Source of the DNA: Clostridiaceae bacterium
GTDB lineage: Bacteria > Bacillota > Clostridia > Acetivibrionales > DTU013
Reading direction: 5' to 3'
DNA: 49,259 bases
Assembly: GCA_012730015.1 (NCBI GenBank)
Contig: JAAYBT010000089.1
Coordinates: 1-49,259, forward strand
Below the pieces are notes generated by a model. It worked only from the letters and a program-made list of their open reading frames with translations, made no database searches and was not told the DNA's origin. The stretch's first letter is position 1. Each line of letters begins with the position of its first letter. This document shows positions 32,168 to 41,388 of this stretch, in pieces. Both the position numbers and the translations under genes were made by a program.

Positions 32168-33918
32168 TGAGGTTGTTAAGACAGATATGGGATAAGGTCC
32201 GGTCCCGGCAAATAAGTATAACCTGGAAGATCTTTCTCGTCACGGCAATCATTTTCATTGTATTCATATTAGCATGGATTGCGTTTCAATCGCTGTTTCT
32301 TGAGAAAATCTATTCTGCTGTGAAAGAAACGCAATCCATCAAAGAAATTCAGAGCTTTTGTGACAGATATTCTTCGAACAACTGGGATCGGGCAGCTATG
32401 GACACTGAAATATCAAGGATGTCGGATTTGCATGATCTCCAGATAGTCATTTTAAATGAATATGGGAACGATAAACACGGCGGAATGATAATGCTAATAA
32501 AAGATGCGGACGGAAGAGAGATCAGTACCGATCTACATGATGTTCGTTTTATTGACATCCTGAAAGATGCAGGCTTGAAGACAGGTGCGAAAGTCAAGAT
32601 TTTTGGGGTGTTTGATCAGAGTGGCTCAATGCTGTACCCATATAAAATAAATGTTGGAGATACCGAATGGAAACGTGACGGAAGAAGTGAAACAGATAAA
32701 GAACATCGGTGGCCTGGTACTGCTTCTCCTTATAAAAATGATGATATGGTGCAGTTAGAGGGCACAGTTGAATATTTGAGGGTGATGAGTGAGACCGAAT
32801 ATGTAGATTCCAGTTCGCCTTTTCTGGTATTGAAGGCAGCCTTAAAGCAATGGCAGGATGACAATGTGAAGCTGCCTTCTCAGTATTTGATTCGTGAGTA
32901 TAATGATACGGTAACAGGAACCCGTTACAAAATGCTGATCATCCCGTTCTCTGCACAGGATGGAAGCAAAGAGGCTGTATTTGCAATTGTTCCGCTTCAG
33001 CCATTGGATGAAGCCATTGAGCTCATAAAGAATTATATGTGGGTCGTTTTTCTAGCTGCACTTGTGCTCGTTTCAGTGCTTTCTTTTATTTTTTATAGAA
33101 TGGTTACAAAACCTCTCATTCAAATGAATAAAGCCGCCATAAAAATGTCTCATATGGATTTCAATACCCAATGTGAAATCCATACGCACGATGAATTGGG
33201 CAGTCTTTCAAGCAGTCTCAATATAATGTCTACCCGACTGGATTCTACAATAACGGAGCTTAAGGAATTTGTTTCAAATGCTTCCCATGAGCTAAAGACA
33301 CCTATTGCAGTAATAGGCGGGTATGCAGAGGCACTTAAGGATGATATCCGAAAGGATAAAAGAGACAGGTATATAGATAGGCTGCAGCAAGAAGCAGGCA
33401 GAATGAATTTGCTGGTACAGGATATGCTAGACCTCTCCCGGATGGAGTCAGACTCCATAAAATTAAAAAAAGAGATCATTGATTTGTATTGTTTGGCAAA
33501 GGAAGTCCTGGAAGAGTTTAGTGACCTATTTCAGGAGAAGCATATTAAACCGATATTGCAGATTGAACAAGACTCTGCCATAGTTATTGGCGACCATATC
33601 AAGCTGAGGCAGGTAATTCAGAATTTTATCTCAAATGCTCTCATACATACGCCTCTCAATGGCATGATATGGATCACAGCAGAGAAACATGATGATAAAG
33701 TAACTTTCATGATAGAAAATGAAGGGATTCACATTTCTGAAGAAAAAATCAATAAGATATGGGACAGGTTTTACAGGGTAGAAGCTTCCAGGAGCGGAAA
33801 CAGCACAGGGACAGGCCTTGGTCTGGCGATTTCTGCAAAAATATTGCAGCTCCATCATGCAAATTATGGGGCCACGAACACAGAAAGAGGTGTAATGTTC
33901 TTCTTTAGCATGCACTAG
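32164..33918 (+). CDS. Sensor histidine kinase (two TM segments flanking an extracytoplasmic domain of about 250 aa, then HAMP, HisKA, HATPase_c)
   Basis: H-box 'SNASHELKTPIAVI' and G2-box 'GTGLGLAI'. The start overlaps the RR stop (ATGA). Confidence 0.9.
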   Translation: MMRLLRQIWDKVRSRQISITWKIFLVTAIIFIVFILAWIAFQSLFLEKIYSAVKETQSIKEIQSFCDRYSSNNWDRAAMDTEISRMSDLHDLQIVILNEYGNDKHGGMIMLIKDADGREISTDLHDVRFIDILKDAGLKTGAKVKIFGVFDQSGSMLYPYKINVGDTEWKRDGRSETDKEHRWPGTASPYKNDDMVQLEGTVEYLRVMSETEYVDSSSPFLVLKAALKQWQDDNVKLPSQYLIREYNDTVTGTRYKMLIIPFSAQDGSKEAVFAIVPLQPLDEAIELIKNYMWVVFLAALVLVSVLSFIFYRMVTKPLIQMNKAAIKMSHMDFNTQCEIHTHDELGSLSSSLNIMSTRLDSTITELKEFVSNASHELKTPIAVIGGYAEALKDDIRKDKRDRYIDRLQQEAGRMNLLVQDMLDLSRMESDSIKLKKEIIDLYCLAKEVLEEFSDLFQEKHIKPILQIEQDSAIVIGDHIKLRQVIQNFISNALIHTPLNGMIWITAEKHDDKVTFMIENEGIHISEEKINKIWDRFYRVEASRSGNSTGTGLGLAISAKILQLHHANYGATNTERGVMFFFSMH

Positions 33919-34025
33919 TACGCGACCAGCCGCCCGCATTTCAGCGAGCCAAATCCAATACAGCCTGTCGGTGACGAACCGGCTGCATACATCTGCAACC
34001 CCACGCCTGTCAGCATAAAACAAAA

Positions 34026-34057
34026 CCAGTGAATAACTTTTTACGGTTATCCACTGG
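34026..34057. terminator. Hairpin in the convergent spacer (CCAGTGaATAAC ... GTTATcCACTGG)
   Basis: 11 of 12 bp pair, and no strong U-tract follows on either strand. It lies between the HK (+) and esterase (-) stops. Confidence 0.35.
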
Positions 34058-34147
34058 TAACAAATTAACACTTCATTTACTTGAGCCCTACCCCAACAAT
34101 TGACATAGAGCCTTTAGTTATACTAAACTATCACTAGTGTGACTTAC

Positions 34148-35671
34148 TTATTTGAAGTATTGTCTGACAAGAAATTTCATTAGATCGCTGGGCTGCTCCC
34201 GTAGAAATGTTGCTTCGTCTCCGAATAGCATCCCATATGGAGCATCGGAAGTATATGGCTCCCAATTCGGCATATCCTCTCCGGTCGAATCCTTGCCATT
34301 TGGATTTCCGGAGCGTATGAAGTTACACCAGTAGTTGCACATCTGACGAGCCAGGTCATAATGCTTACCGACAAAGGGTCTCCAGCATTTGGCAAGCGTC
34401 TCGAAGAAAAACCACAAATCAACAGAATGGAATGTCCCGGGGTTATCCCAGCCCGGTATTTCCGCATCGAAATTATAGTAATAAAGCGGCATATTGGCAC
34501 CGGTGTCGCTATTAGCCTGTGCGGCAACACGAATGGCAAATTCTATACTGTTTACCGAAGCTCTGCTTATTACCTCATCAATATTACCTGACTCAAACCC
34601 ACATAGATCGAGATACTCCTGAGCATCATCATCAAACATTTCAATCGCAAGATTTCTAAATTCGTCAAGAGTCTTGACGTTGGGAACAGCAAAAAACTCG
34701 GATGAAGTGTGTCCAAATACTACCGGCACCATCCACCGTTTGTTTTTGATGAACTGGTCAAATGCATTGCCGTTACAGAATTTCCCGTCTGCAACAGTAA
34801 CCCATTTAATCCAAGGCCCAGGGAATTCAAATGATTTATTAAGGATATATTCAGCATCAAGCTTACGAGCTTCTGCCAGAGACGAAACCCCTAAAAATTC
34901 AAAAAATCTCACACCATCTTGCTCAGCCGCTGCAAAGGTGTGGTTGACCCCAGGCAAAGGGTTACTAGGATAAAGCTTTGTAATCATTGCGCTTTGGATA
35001 ATTGCCTTGTGAAACAGACCTTCGTTCTGAGGAGAGGTGAGCTGACTTAATACGCTCCCTCCACCAGCAGATTGTCCGCCAATGGTAATGTTATCGGGGT
35101 CGCCTCCAAAGGCTGCGATATTACGTTTCACCCACCGAGTCCCTGCTTGCTGATCGAGGTTTCCAAAGTTCGCAGGTGCCTCGGGTGCTTCCGCAGTTAT
35201 TTCAGGATGGCATAAGAATCCGAAAACATTTAAACGGTAATTTACCGTTACTACAACAATACCCCTGCGGGCTATGCGCTCGCCGTCAAATTCCATTTCC
35301 GCGGTATGCCCGACCTGAAGCCCTCCTCCAAAATACCACACATATACCGGAAGTTTTTCGTCGGGGCTCATAGCAGGTGTCCATACATTTAGGTAGAGAC
35401 AATCCTCGTCCATGGGAATATCAGGGTCTACAGCCCATTCTCTGGCATAAATATTACTCTTGTCTAAGGCTGTTTGCGCTTGCATTGAAATAGGAGCGAA
35501 GTCATGTGCCAGAAAAATACCGTCCCAGTCCTCGGCAGGCTGGGGTGCACGCCAGCGGTTCTGTCCAATGGGCGCAGCAGCAAAGGGTATCCCCTTAAAG
35601 CTTGTAATACGCGGATCTGCTGCAGGTAATCCCTGAACTATTCCGTTTTCAACCTTTACAGTTCTGAGCAT
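34148..35671 (-). CDS. Type-B carboxylesterase (PnbA-like)
   Basis: 507 aa. 'FKGIPFAAAPIGQNRW', 'EDCLYLNVW' and the nucleophile elbow 'GGQSAGG'. No signal peptide. Confidence 0.85.
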   Translation of the reverse strand: MLRTVKVENGIVQGLPAADPRITSFKGIPFAAAPIGQNRWRAPQPAEDWDGIFLAHDFAPISMQAQTALDKSNIYAREWAVDPDIPMDEDCLYLNVWTPAMSPDEKLPVYVWYFGGGLQVGHTAEMEFDGERIARRGIVVVTVNYRLNVFGFLCHPEITAEAPEAPANFGNLDQQAGTRWVKRNIAAFGGDPDNITIGGQSAGGGSVLSQLTSPQNEGLFHKAIIQSAMITKLYPSNPLPGVNHTFAAAEQDGVRFFEFLGVSSLAEARKLDAEYILNKSFEFPGPWIKWVTVADGKFCNGNAFDQFIKNKRWMVPVVFGHTSSEFFAVPNVKTLDEFRNLAIEMFDDDAQEYLDLCGFESGNIDEVISRASVNSIEFAIRVAAQANSDTGANMPLYYYNFDAEIPGWDNPGTFHSVDLWFFFETLAKCWRPFVGKHYDLARQMCNYWCNFIRSGNPNGKDSTGEDMPNWEPYTSDAPYGMLFGDEATFLREQPSDLMKFLVRQYFK

Positions 35672-35780
35672 ATGAATACCTCCTAATACTTATTGAGGTG
35701 CTGCGATGCATCACACCAAAGCATATTGTACCACACCAGATTATATTCTGCCACACTAGATTGTATGATACTACCTTCTT

Positions 35781-36665
35781 CTACTCTTTTACACTGCCAA
35801 TGTTAACAGTCACAAAATACTTTTGAAGGAAGGGATATACCACCAGGATAGGTACCGTCGCAACAATAGTCATGGCCGCACGCAATGAATTAGGAGTAAC
35901 CATGCTTCGCGATGTTTGCGATTCGGCCAGATAATCCGGTTGATTGACCCCCGACTGCATGGATGAGGATAATATCTTCATCATCTCGTATTGAAGGGTA
36001 CTCAGGTCCTGCTTTGGAGCAAATATAAAAGAGTCGAACCATGAGTTCCACGAGCCAACTGCGACCCAGAGGGCAACGGTAGCTAAAACCGGTAAACATA
36101 GTGGAAAAACAATCTTAAAATATATTGTCATTTCGGTGGCGCCGTCAATTCTAGCAGATTCCATAAGAGATGCCGGCAATGAATTTATGTATGTGCGTAT
36201 GACAATGACATTGAACGCTCCCACCATTGATGGGAGTATGTAGACCCAAAAGCTGTCAATCAGACCCAAGTTGCGGTAGAGGAAATACTGCGGTATTAAT
36301 CCTGCGTTTATGTACATTGTCATTACCATAAATACTGTCAGAAATCTTCTAAAAACAAACTCCTTGTTACTCAATACATATGCTAACAAGCCTGACAGAA
36401 ATACGTTCAGTATCATCGAAATCACTGTACGTGCGACCGACACTATAAAAGCGTTATATATTTTGTCTGTCTTAAATACGCTTTGATAGTTAAAAAGTGT
36501 CCATTCTCTCGGCCACAAGTAGAGTGAGCCCTTTATGGAATCCCTTGCATCATTGAATGATGTGACCAGGGTGTTCCAAAGCGGGTACAGCATGACAATA
36601 ACGACTATGCACATAAATAATACAATAAGCGCATCAATAATCCTATCACCAATTGTTTTTTTCAT
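35781..36665 (-). CDS. Carbohydrate ABC transporter permease (LplC-like)
   Basis: EAA-loop 'ESARIDGATEMTIYFKIVFPL'. I prefer ATG 36665 (GGAGGT 8 nt upstream). Confidence 0.85.
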   Translation of the reverse strand: MKKTIGDRIIDALIVLFMCIVVIVMLYPLWNTLVTSFNDARDSIKGSLYLWPREWTLFNYQSVFKTDKIYNAFIVSVARTVISMILNVFLSGLLAYVLSNKEFVFRRFLTVFMVMTMYINAGLIPQYFLYRNLGLIDSFWVYILPSMVGAFNVIVIRTYINSLPASLMESARIDGATEMTIYFKIVFPLCLPVLATVALWVAVGSWNSWFDSFIFAPKQDLSTLQYEMMKILSSSMQSGVNQPDYLAESQTSRSMVTPNSLRAAMTIVATVPILVVYPFLQKYFVTVNIGSVKE

Positions 36666-36708
36666 TTCTTTATACCTCCAAGTCGAATAGCGCAACGAAA
36701 GTTTTTTA

Positions 36709-37650
36709 CTAAATCAGTTTCTCTTCGCCTACCCAACCGGCGATTTTGTTGCACAGTACTAATATGATAGAGCTGACCACTGTTTTAAACATACCGGCAG
36801 CGGTTCCGAAGGCAAAACCACCTGCTCTCCCAAAACCTCTCTTAAGCACAAAAATATCGATGGTTTCCGAAACATCAAGCACGAGACCATTTGACCCAAG
36901 AATATACTGGATTTCAAAACCTGCGTTGAGGATCCAGCCTGCGTTCATGATAAGAAGGACAATAATGGTTGATTTAATGCCCGGAAGGGTGATATGCCAC
37001 ATTCTGCCGAAACGACCGTAGCCATCTATCGATGCAGCCTCATATAGGGCAGGGTCGATAGAAGTGATTGCCGCCAGATAGATAATACTGTTCCAGCCCA
37101 TTGACTTCCATACATTTGTAAATCCGACAATCCACCAGAAATAATTCGGTTCCCCCATAAAGTGTACTTTCTCACTAACAAGTCCCGTTGCCACCAAAAT
37201 ATCATTAATGATTCCTCCGTCCATGGCAAGGATATTTGAAACCAGACCACAGACAATAATCCAAGAAAGGAAATGTGGCATATAGGATACAGTTTGCACG
37301 ACTCGCTTAAAGATTCTCCCCTTAAGTTCGTTTAAAAGCAGCGCAAACGCGATAGCCGTAACAAAACTTAACACCAGGTTAATTATGCTCATCCCCAGTG
37401 TGTTTCTCATTACACGGTAAAAATCAGGGTCTGTGAAAAGGTTTTCAAAATGCTTGAATCCAATCCATTCCTGCTCGAAAAAGGTTTTTCCAGGTTTATA
37501 ATTCTGAAATGCCATGGTAAGACCCCATAGCGGTAAATATGAAAAAATAAAAAAGTAAATAAAAAAAGGTATAGAAATTAGTACTAGCTCTTTTTGCTTA
37601 ACTAAATTTTTATAGAATTCTTTTCGTGGACTTAACTCTTTAATCGCCAT
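36709..37650 (-). CDS. Carbohydrate ABC transporter permease (LplB-like)
   Basis: 313 aa, 'EAASIDGYGRFGRMWHITLPG'. Confidence 0.85.
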   Translation of the reverse strand: MAIKELSPRKEFYKNLVKQKELVLISIPFFIYFFIFSYLPLWGLTMAFQNYKPGKTFFEQEWIGFKHFENLFTDPDFYRVMRNTLGMSIINLVLSFVTAIAFALLLNELKGRIFKRVVQTVSYMPHFLSWIIVCGLVSNILAMDGGIINDILVATGLVSEKVHFMGEPNYFWWIVGFTNVWKSMGWNSIIYLAAITSIDPALYEAASIDGYGRFGRMWHITLPGIKSTIIVLLIMNAGWILNAGFEIQYILGSNGLVLDVSETIDIFVLKRGFGRAGGFAFGTAAGMFKTVVSSIILVLCNKIAGWVGEEKLI

Positions 37651-37693
37651 ATCGCCATCCCCTTAGCACTGATTCTTAACCGGCTTATAATGT

Positions 37694-37727
37694 AGAGGAG
37701 GCGGCCGGCTTTCCGGCCGCCTCCTCT
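37694..37727 (-). other. Very stable 15-bp GC-rich hairpin (AGAGGAGGCGGCCGG cttt CCGGCCGCCTCCTCT) between the SBP and permease genes
   Basis: Perfect arms at 37694-37708 and 37713-37727, 24 nt after the SBP stop. No U-tract follows on the transcribed (minus) strand. Confidence 0.6.
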
Positions 37728-37751
37728 TTATCGGTTTAAAAGAAGAGCAGG

Positions 37752-39470
37752 TTATTTAGTCTTGCGCTCTTGTATTTGCCTTTCAACTTCAGCCTCCAGC
37801 GCCGGATAATCGATACTCTCGTATCTGTTCGCATATTCGGTCCAGGCAGCATCAAAGTCATTTGACATAATCACGCCTGGTAAGTAGCGGTTCTGAAGAT
37901 CAGTTATCTGGTCAAATACTGGTTTTGCGACATTATCCTCTTCCATAGTGGAGAAGATTGACCATACCTCAGGATATCCGGGATGCTCCATCACAGGAAG
38001 GAAGTCAGACTTGGTGTAGAAGCCATATTTCCCATAGAACTCCTTGTCATAGGGGAACTGGTTTTCAAGCCTTTCCTCAGGCTGTGTTGCTGCACCGGTT
38101 GAGTTACCATTGCTATAACGACCTTCCAGTTTGGGGAATTGGTCACCAATGACAAGTCCGGCATTAGCAAGACGCCAGTCTGGGTTGTCAAAGTTGGCTT
38201 TCTGTTCTGGAGTACGTCTGTAGCGGCCATTATCTACATAGTAGTCTTCGCCTTCAATACCCCAGTACAACAGTCTATGTACATCTTCTTCAAGAAGTGT
38301 ATCCATGAACTTCAAGGCACGCTCAACATCTTTGCACTTTGTGCTGATTCCCATACCATTGCCGCCTATGATACCTTCGTTCTTAACTCTGTTGTAGGAA
38401 ACGAGCTCACCGCTATAGCTGATGCCAAGGGGGACATAGGTTCTATTAATCTTACCTTCGTTAATCAACACAAATTCACCATCCTGGAAGTTCCACTGCT
38501 GGTCGAACATAGCTAAAACACGGCCAGTGGAAATAACGGACAGATATTGGTCATAATTTCTGGTAAATGTCTCAGGGTTTATCAAGCCCTTCTTGAATGC
38601 TTCGTTAAGCTTTCCGTAATAGTCCTTTGCATAATCTTTATTCTGATAAATTTCTACTTCAAGAGTGTCAGGATCAACAACTACATCACCCTCGTTACGT
38701 CCGCCAATCAAATGCTGCGGAGCATTCTTCAGGCAGAAGGAACGCCAGTCTTGTGAATGTACTTCGAAGGGCAGAGTCGGCTGGCCGTCGATGGTGGGAT
38801 GAGCTGCGTAGTAACGCTCCAACAGATCAAAGAACTGATCTGGTGTCTTGGGGTAAGAATATCCGTCCCAAGCAAGCACGTCCTTCTGAATCCAGAAAGC
38901 CGGGCCGTTATAATCTGCCTCGTAAAAATCGTCCTCTCCGTCATTGAGCCAATACTGGCGGCTCCAGATATCAAGAATGTATGTCTTGCCATCCTCTGAT
39001 ACCGAGCGAAGTCTGTCCATGAAAGGTTCATAATGCTTCCAGAGATTAGGATAGTTTGGAAGACTGTCGTCAAGAGCTACAAAAGAGCCCGCATTCAAAA
39101 ATCTTCCGCGTGCTTGACCTGCTCCGATTAAATCGGGATAGTCGCCACTTGCGATCATGATTCCAACTTTTTGCTCCATGTCGCCTACAAGGAACTCAAA
39201 ATCAATAGTAACCCCTGTAATTTCCTGAATCTTTTTAATGATCTTGTTGTCTTCGGGAGGAACTTCTCCTGGACCAGCGACAAACATGCTGAAGGTTATC
39301 GGTTCGAGCTTCTCCTCAGCTGGCTCTTCAGCGGGCTTTGGATCCTCCTTTGGAGCTGCGGCTGTAGTGCTTGGTTGATTTTCTTTGCCTGCCGGAGCAC
39401 CACATCCCGCCAAAGCGGTAAGGGCCATGACAGCAACCATCAGCAATACAAGAATTTTTGCGTTTTTCAT
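37752..39470 (-). CDS. Extracellular solute-binding lipoprotein (LplA-like), paralog A
   Basis: 572 aa, lipobox 'ALAGC', Pro/Glu/Ala-rich linker. Confidence 0.8.
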   Translation of the reverse strand: MKNAKILVLLMVAVMALTALAGCGAPAGKENQPSTTAAAPKEDPKPAEEPAEEKLEPITFSMFVAGPGEVPPEDNKIIKKIQEITGVTIDFEFLVGDMEQKVGIMIASGDYPDLIGAGQARGRFLNAGSFVALDDSLPNYPNLWKHYEPFMDRLRSVSEDGKTYILDIWSRQYWLNDGEDDFYEADYNGPAFWIQKDVLAWDGYSYPKTPDQFFDLLERYYAAHPTIDGQPTLPFEVHSQDWRSFCLKNAPQHLIGGRNEGDVVVDPDTLEVEIYQNKDYAKDYYGKLNEAFKKGLINPETFTRNYDQYLSVISTGRVLAMFDQQWNFQDGEFVLINEGKINRTYVPLGISYSGELVSYNRVKNEGIIGGNGMGISTKCKDVERALKFMDTLLEEDVHRLLYWGIEGEDYYVDNGRYRRTPEQKANFDNPDWRLANAGLVIGDQFPKLEGRYSNGNSTGAATQPEERLENQFPYDKEFYGKYGFYTKSDFLPVMEHPGYPEVWSIFSTMEEDNVAKPVFDQITDLQNRYLPGVIMSNDFDAAWTEYANRYESIDYPALEAEVERQIQERKTK

Positions 39471-39630
39471 TGTTTGATCCCCTTTCTAATATTTTCGGGT
39501 TTCATAAAATACTCACCCTTTTTTTTAGCTTAGCATGAAGAATAAACCGAATCATTTAAAAAAACATACCTGCTATTAAGATTTTTATACACCTTGTTAG
39601 TGTATTTTACTCAAGAGCAGACTTAATAAA

Positions 39631-41352
39631 TCATTCGAGTTCCATTGCTTCAGCTATTTGCCTATTCACCTCATCAAGGTAAGGCTGGGGATCGTTTTTC
39701 CATATTTCTGCAACGAAGCTATCCCATAGCAGATCATAGTCGTTGGGATTTGCTAAAATAAGGCGTGGATAGTATTTACGGCAGGTGTGAACCATCTTGC
39801 TGTTTGCCAGGGCAGCCGCACTCCCCTCTACGATAGGCATTGACCAAACCGGGTAGTATGCAGGCCGTTTGACTGGTTCAGATAAAAGCTGTGTAGGATA
39901 CTTGATGCCGTACATCTCCAGAAGCCTCCTGTCATAATCCGATAATGATGCCACATACTCATCTTCAGAATCGGTGGGACCACAGGGCATTCCATCTTCA
40001 TAGAGGCCTTGCATCTTGGGCGAATAATTCCACAGAGTAATTCCGGTCAGATCGCGTTTCTTTCCATCATCATTATTTAACTCGCGGCGAGCACTCGTTA
40101 ATACTCGTCCTGTTTGACCAACTCTTACCCAATCCTTCCCCTCTTCACCCCATTGGATGAAGTCCTGCACCTCCCGCTGGAGCAGCCAGTCATAGAATGC
40201 CAGCAATCGGTCGGGATTCTTGCAGTTCTTTGTTATTCCTATTCCATTGTTTCCCGTTATCGTCCCAGCTCGAAAATCTAGATAACTATCCTTAACTCCG
40301 GGATTTGCTATAGGAACAGCGACGTACATCCTTTCGTATTTCTTGTCCGATTTCAATATGTTTTCAGCCTGTAAAATATTCCATCCCTGGTCAAAGAAGC
40401 CCAGAACTGCCCCCGATGCAAGCTTTGAAATGTACTGGTCGTAGCTTTGCGTAAATGTATCCGCCCTAATGACGCCCTTATTGTACTCCTCATTCAGCTT
40501 CCTGTAGTAATTCTTTGCCGTATCTGAAACCTGATATAAAGACGCGGTATAAGTATTAAGATCAACAAACACGTCCCCGTCATTACCTGCACCCATAAGA
40601 TGTTGAGGCGGGTTGCGCAGGCAAAAATCTCTCCAGCCATCAGATAATATTTCAAATCCGATCGTTCTGACACCATCAATCGTCGGATGCTTGGCCATGT
40701 ATTGTTCAATAAGGTCAAAGTATTCATCCAGTGTTCTGGGCACAACGAGCCCTGCTTCCTCCAAAACCGCCTTCTGGATATAAAATCCCGGTCCGTCATT
40801 AACAAACATCGGTGAGGGATTATTAGACAAGTATAATTCCATAATATACTGATGCCCATCGTATGTTGTCATTTTTTCATAATGGGGAGAATAAAGATCG
40901 TGTAGGTTCTTATATTTGGGCAGCTTATCCTCCAATGGAATAAAGGCACCGGCATCAATGAACCTTTGCTCACATGCAAAAATAGCATCGGGGTAATCCT
41001 CACCGGCAATAATAACTCCCACTTTTTGATCCAAGTCACCCACCAAAAACTCAAACTCAATGGTCACTCCTGTTAATTCGGCAATCCTTCTGATTACCGG
41101 ATTGTCCTTCGAAGGAACTGCACCCGGATCGCGAATGAAGACATTAAATGTTACCGGTTCACCTGCATCCGGCAATGGCTCTACTCCTGCAAAAAGCTTT
41201 AAATTAGAATTGTATTCACTTTCAGCATCTAAAATATCTAAACCCGTCTCTATTGCTTTGTCCATTTTACCATCTATACCACATGATGTCGCACTAAGAA
41301 GCAGTAAAGACAGTAGTATGATCCAGGCAATGGTCTTAATGAAAAATTTCAT
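39631..41352 (-). CDS. Extracellular solute-binding lipoprotein (LplA-like), paralog B
   Basis: 573 aa, 'LLSATSC'. It aligns along its length with paralog A, for example 'EPVTFNVFIRDPGAVPSKDNPVIRRIAELTGVTIEFEFLVGDLDQKVG' against 'EPITFSMFVAGPGEVPPEDNKIIKKIQEITGVTIDFEFLVGDMEQKVG'. Confidence 0.8.
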   Translation of the reverse strand: MKFFIKTIAWIILLSLLLLSATSCGIDGKMDKAIETGLDILDAESEYNSNLKLFAGVEPLPDAGEPVTFNVFIRDPGAVPSKDNPVIRRIAELTGVTIEFEFLVGDLDQKVGVIIAGEDYPDAIFACEQRFIDAGAFIPLEDKLPKYKNLHDLYSPHYEKMTTYDGHQYIMELYLSNNPSPMFVNDGPGFYIQKAVLEEAGLVVPRTLDEYFDLIEQYMAKHPTIDGVRTIGFEILSDGWRDFCLRNPPQHLMGAGNDGDVFVDLNTYTASLYQVSDTAKNYYRKLNEEYNKGVIRADTFTQSYDQYISKLASGAVLGFFDQGWNILQAENILKSDKKYERMYVAVPIANPGVKDSYLDFRAGTITGNNGIGITKNCKNPDRLLAFYDWLLQREVQDFIQWGEEGKDWVRVGQTGRVLTSARRELNNDDGKKRDLTGITLWNYSPKMQGLYEDGMPCGPTDSEDEYVASLSDYDRRLLEMYGIKYPTQLLSEPVKRPAYYPVWSMPIVEGSAAALANSKMVHTCRKYYPRLILANPNDYDLLWDSFVAEIWKNDPQPYLDEVNRQIAEAMELE

Positions 41353-41388
41353 CCTGTAACTACCTCCTCAATACTCAAAATGATATAT

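Noticed and set aside
33631-34071. 146-aa minus-strand ORF reaching from the convergent spacer into the HK 3' end
   Set aside because: About two thirds of it overlaps the HATPase region of the kinase in antisense. It has no SD and no motif. The GC-rich spacer 33919-34010 is unusual, but I could not support any gene or RNA there.
39471-39630. Possible internal promoter or hairpin (ATACAC n7 GTGTAT; TTGAGT-19-TATAAA) between the two SBP paralogs
   Set aside because: The spacer length is off-consensus and the stem is only 6 bp. It is plausible but not supportable from sequence alone.
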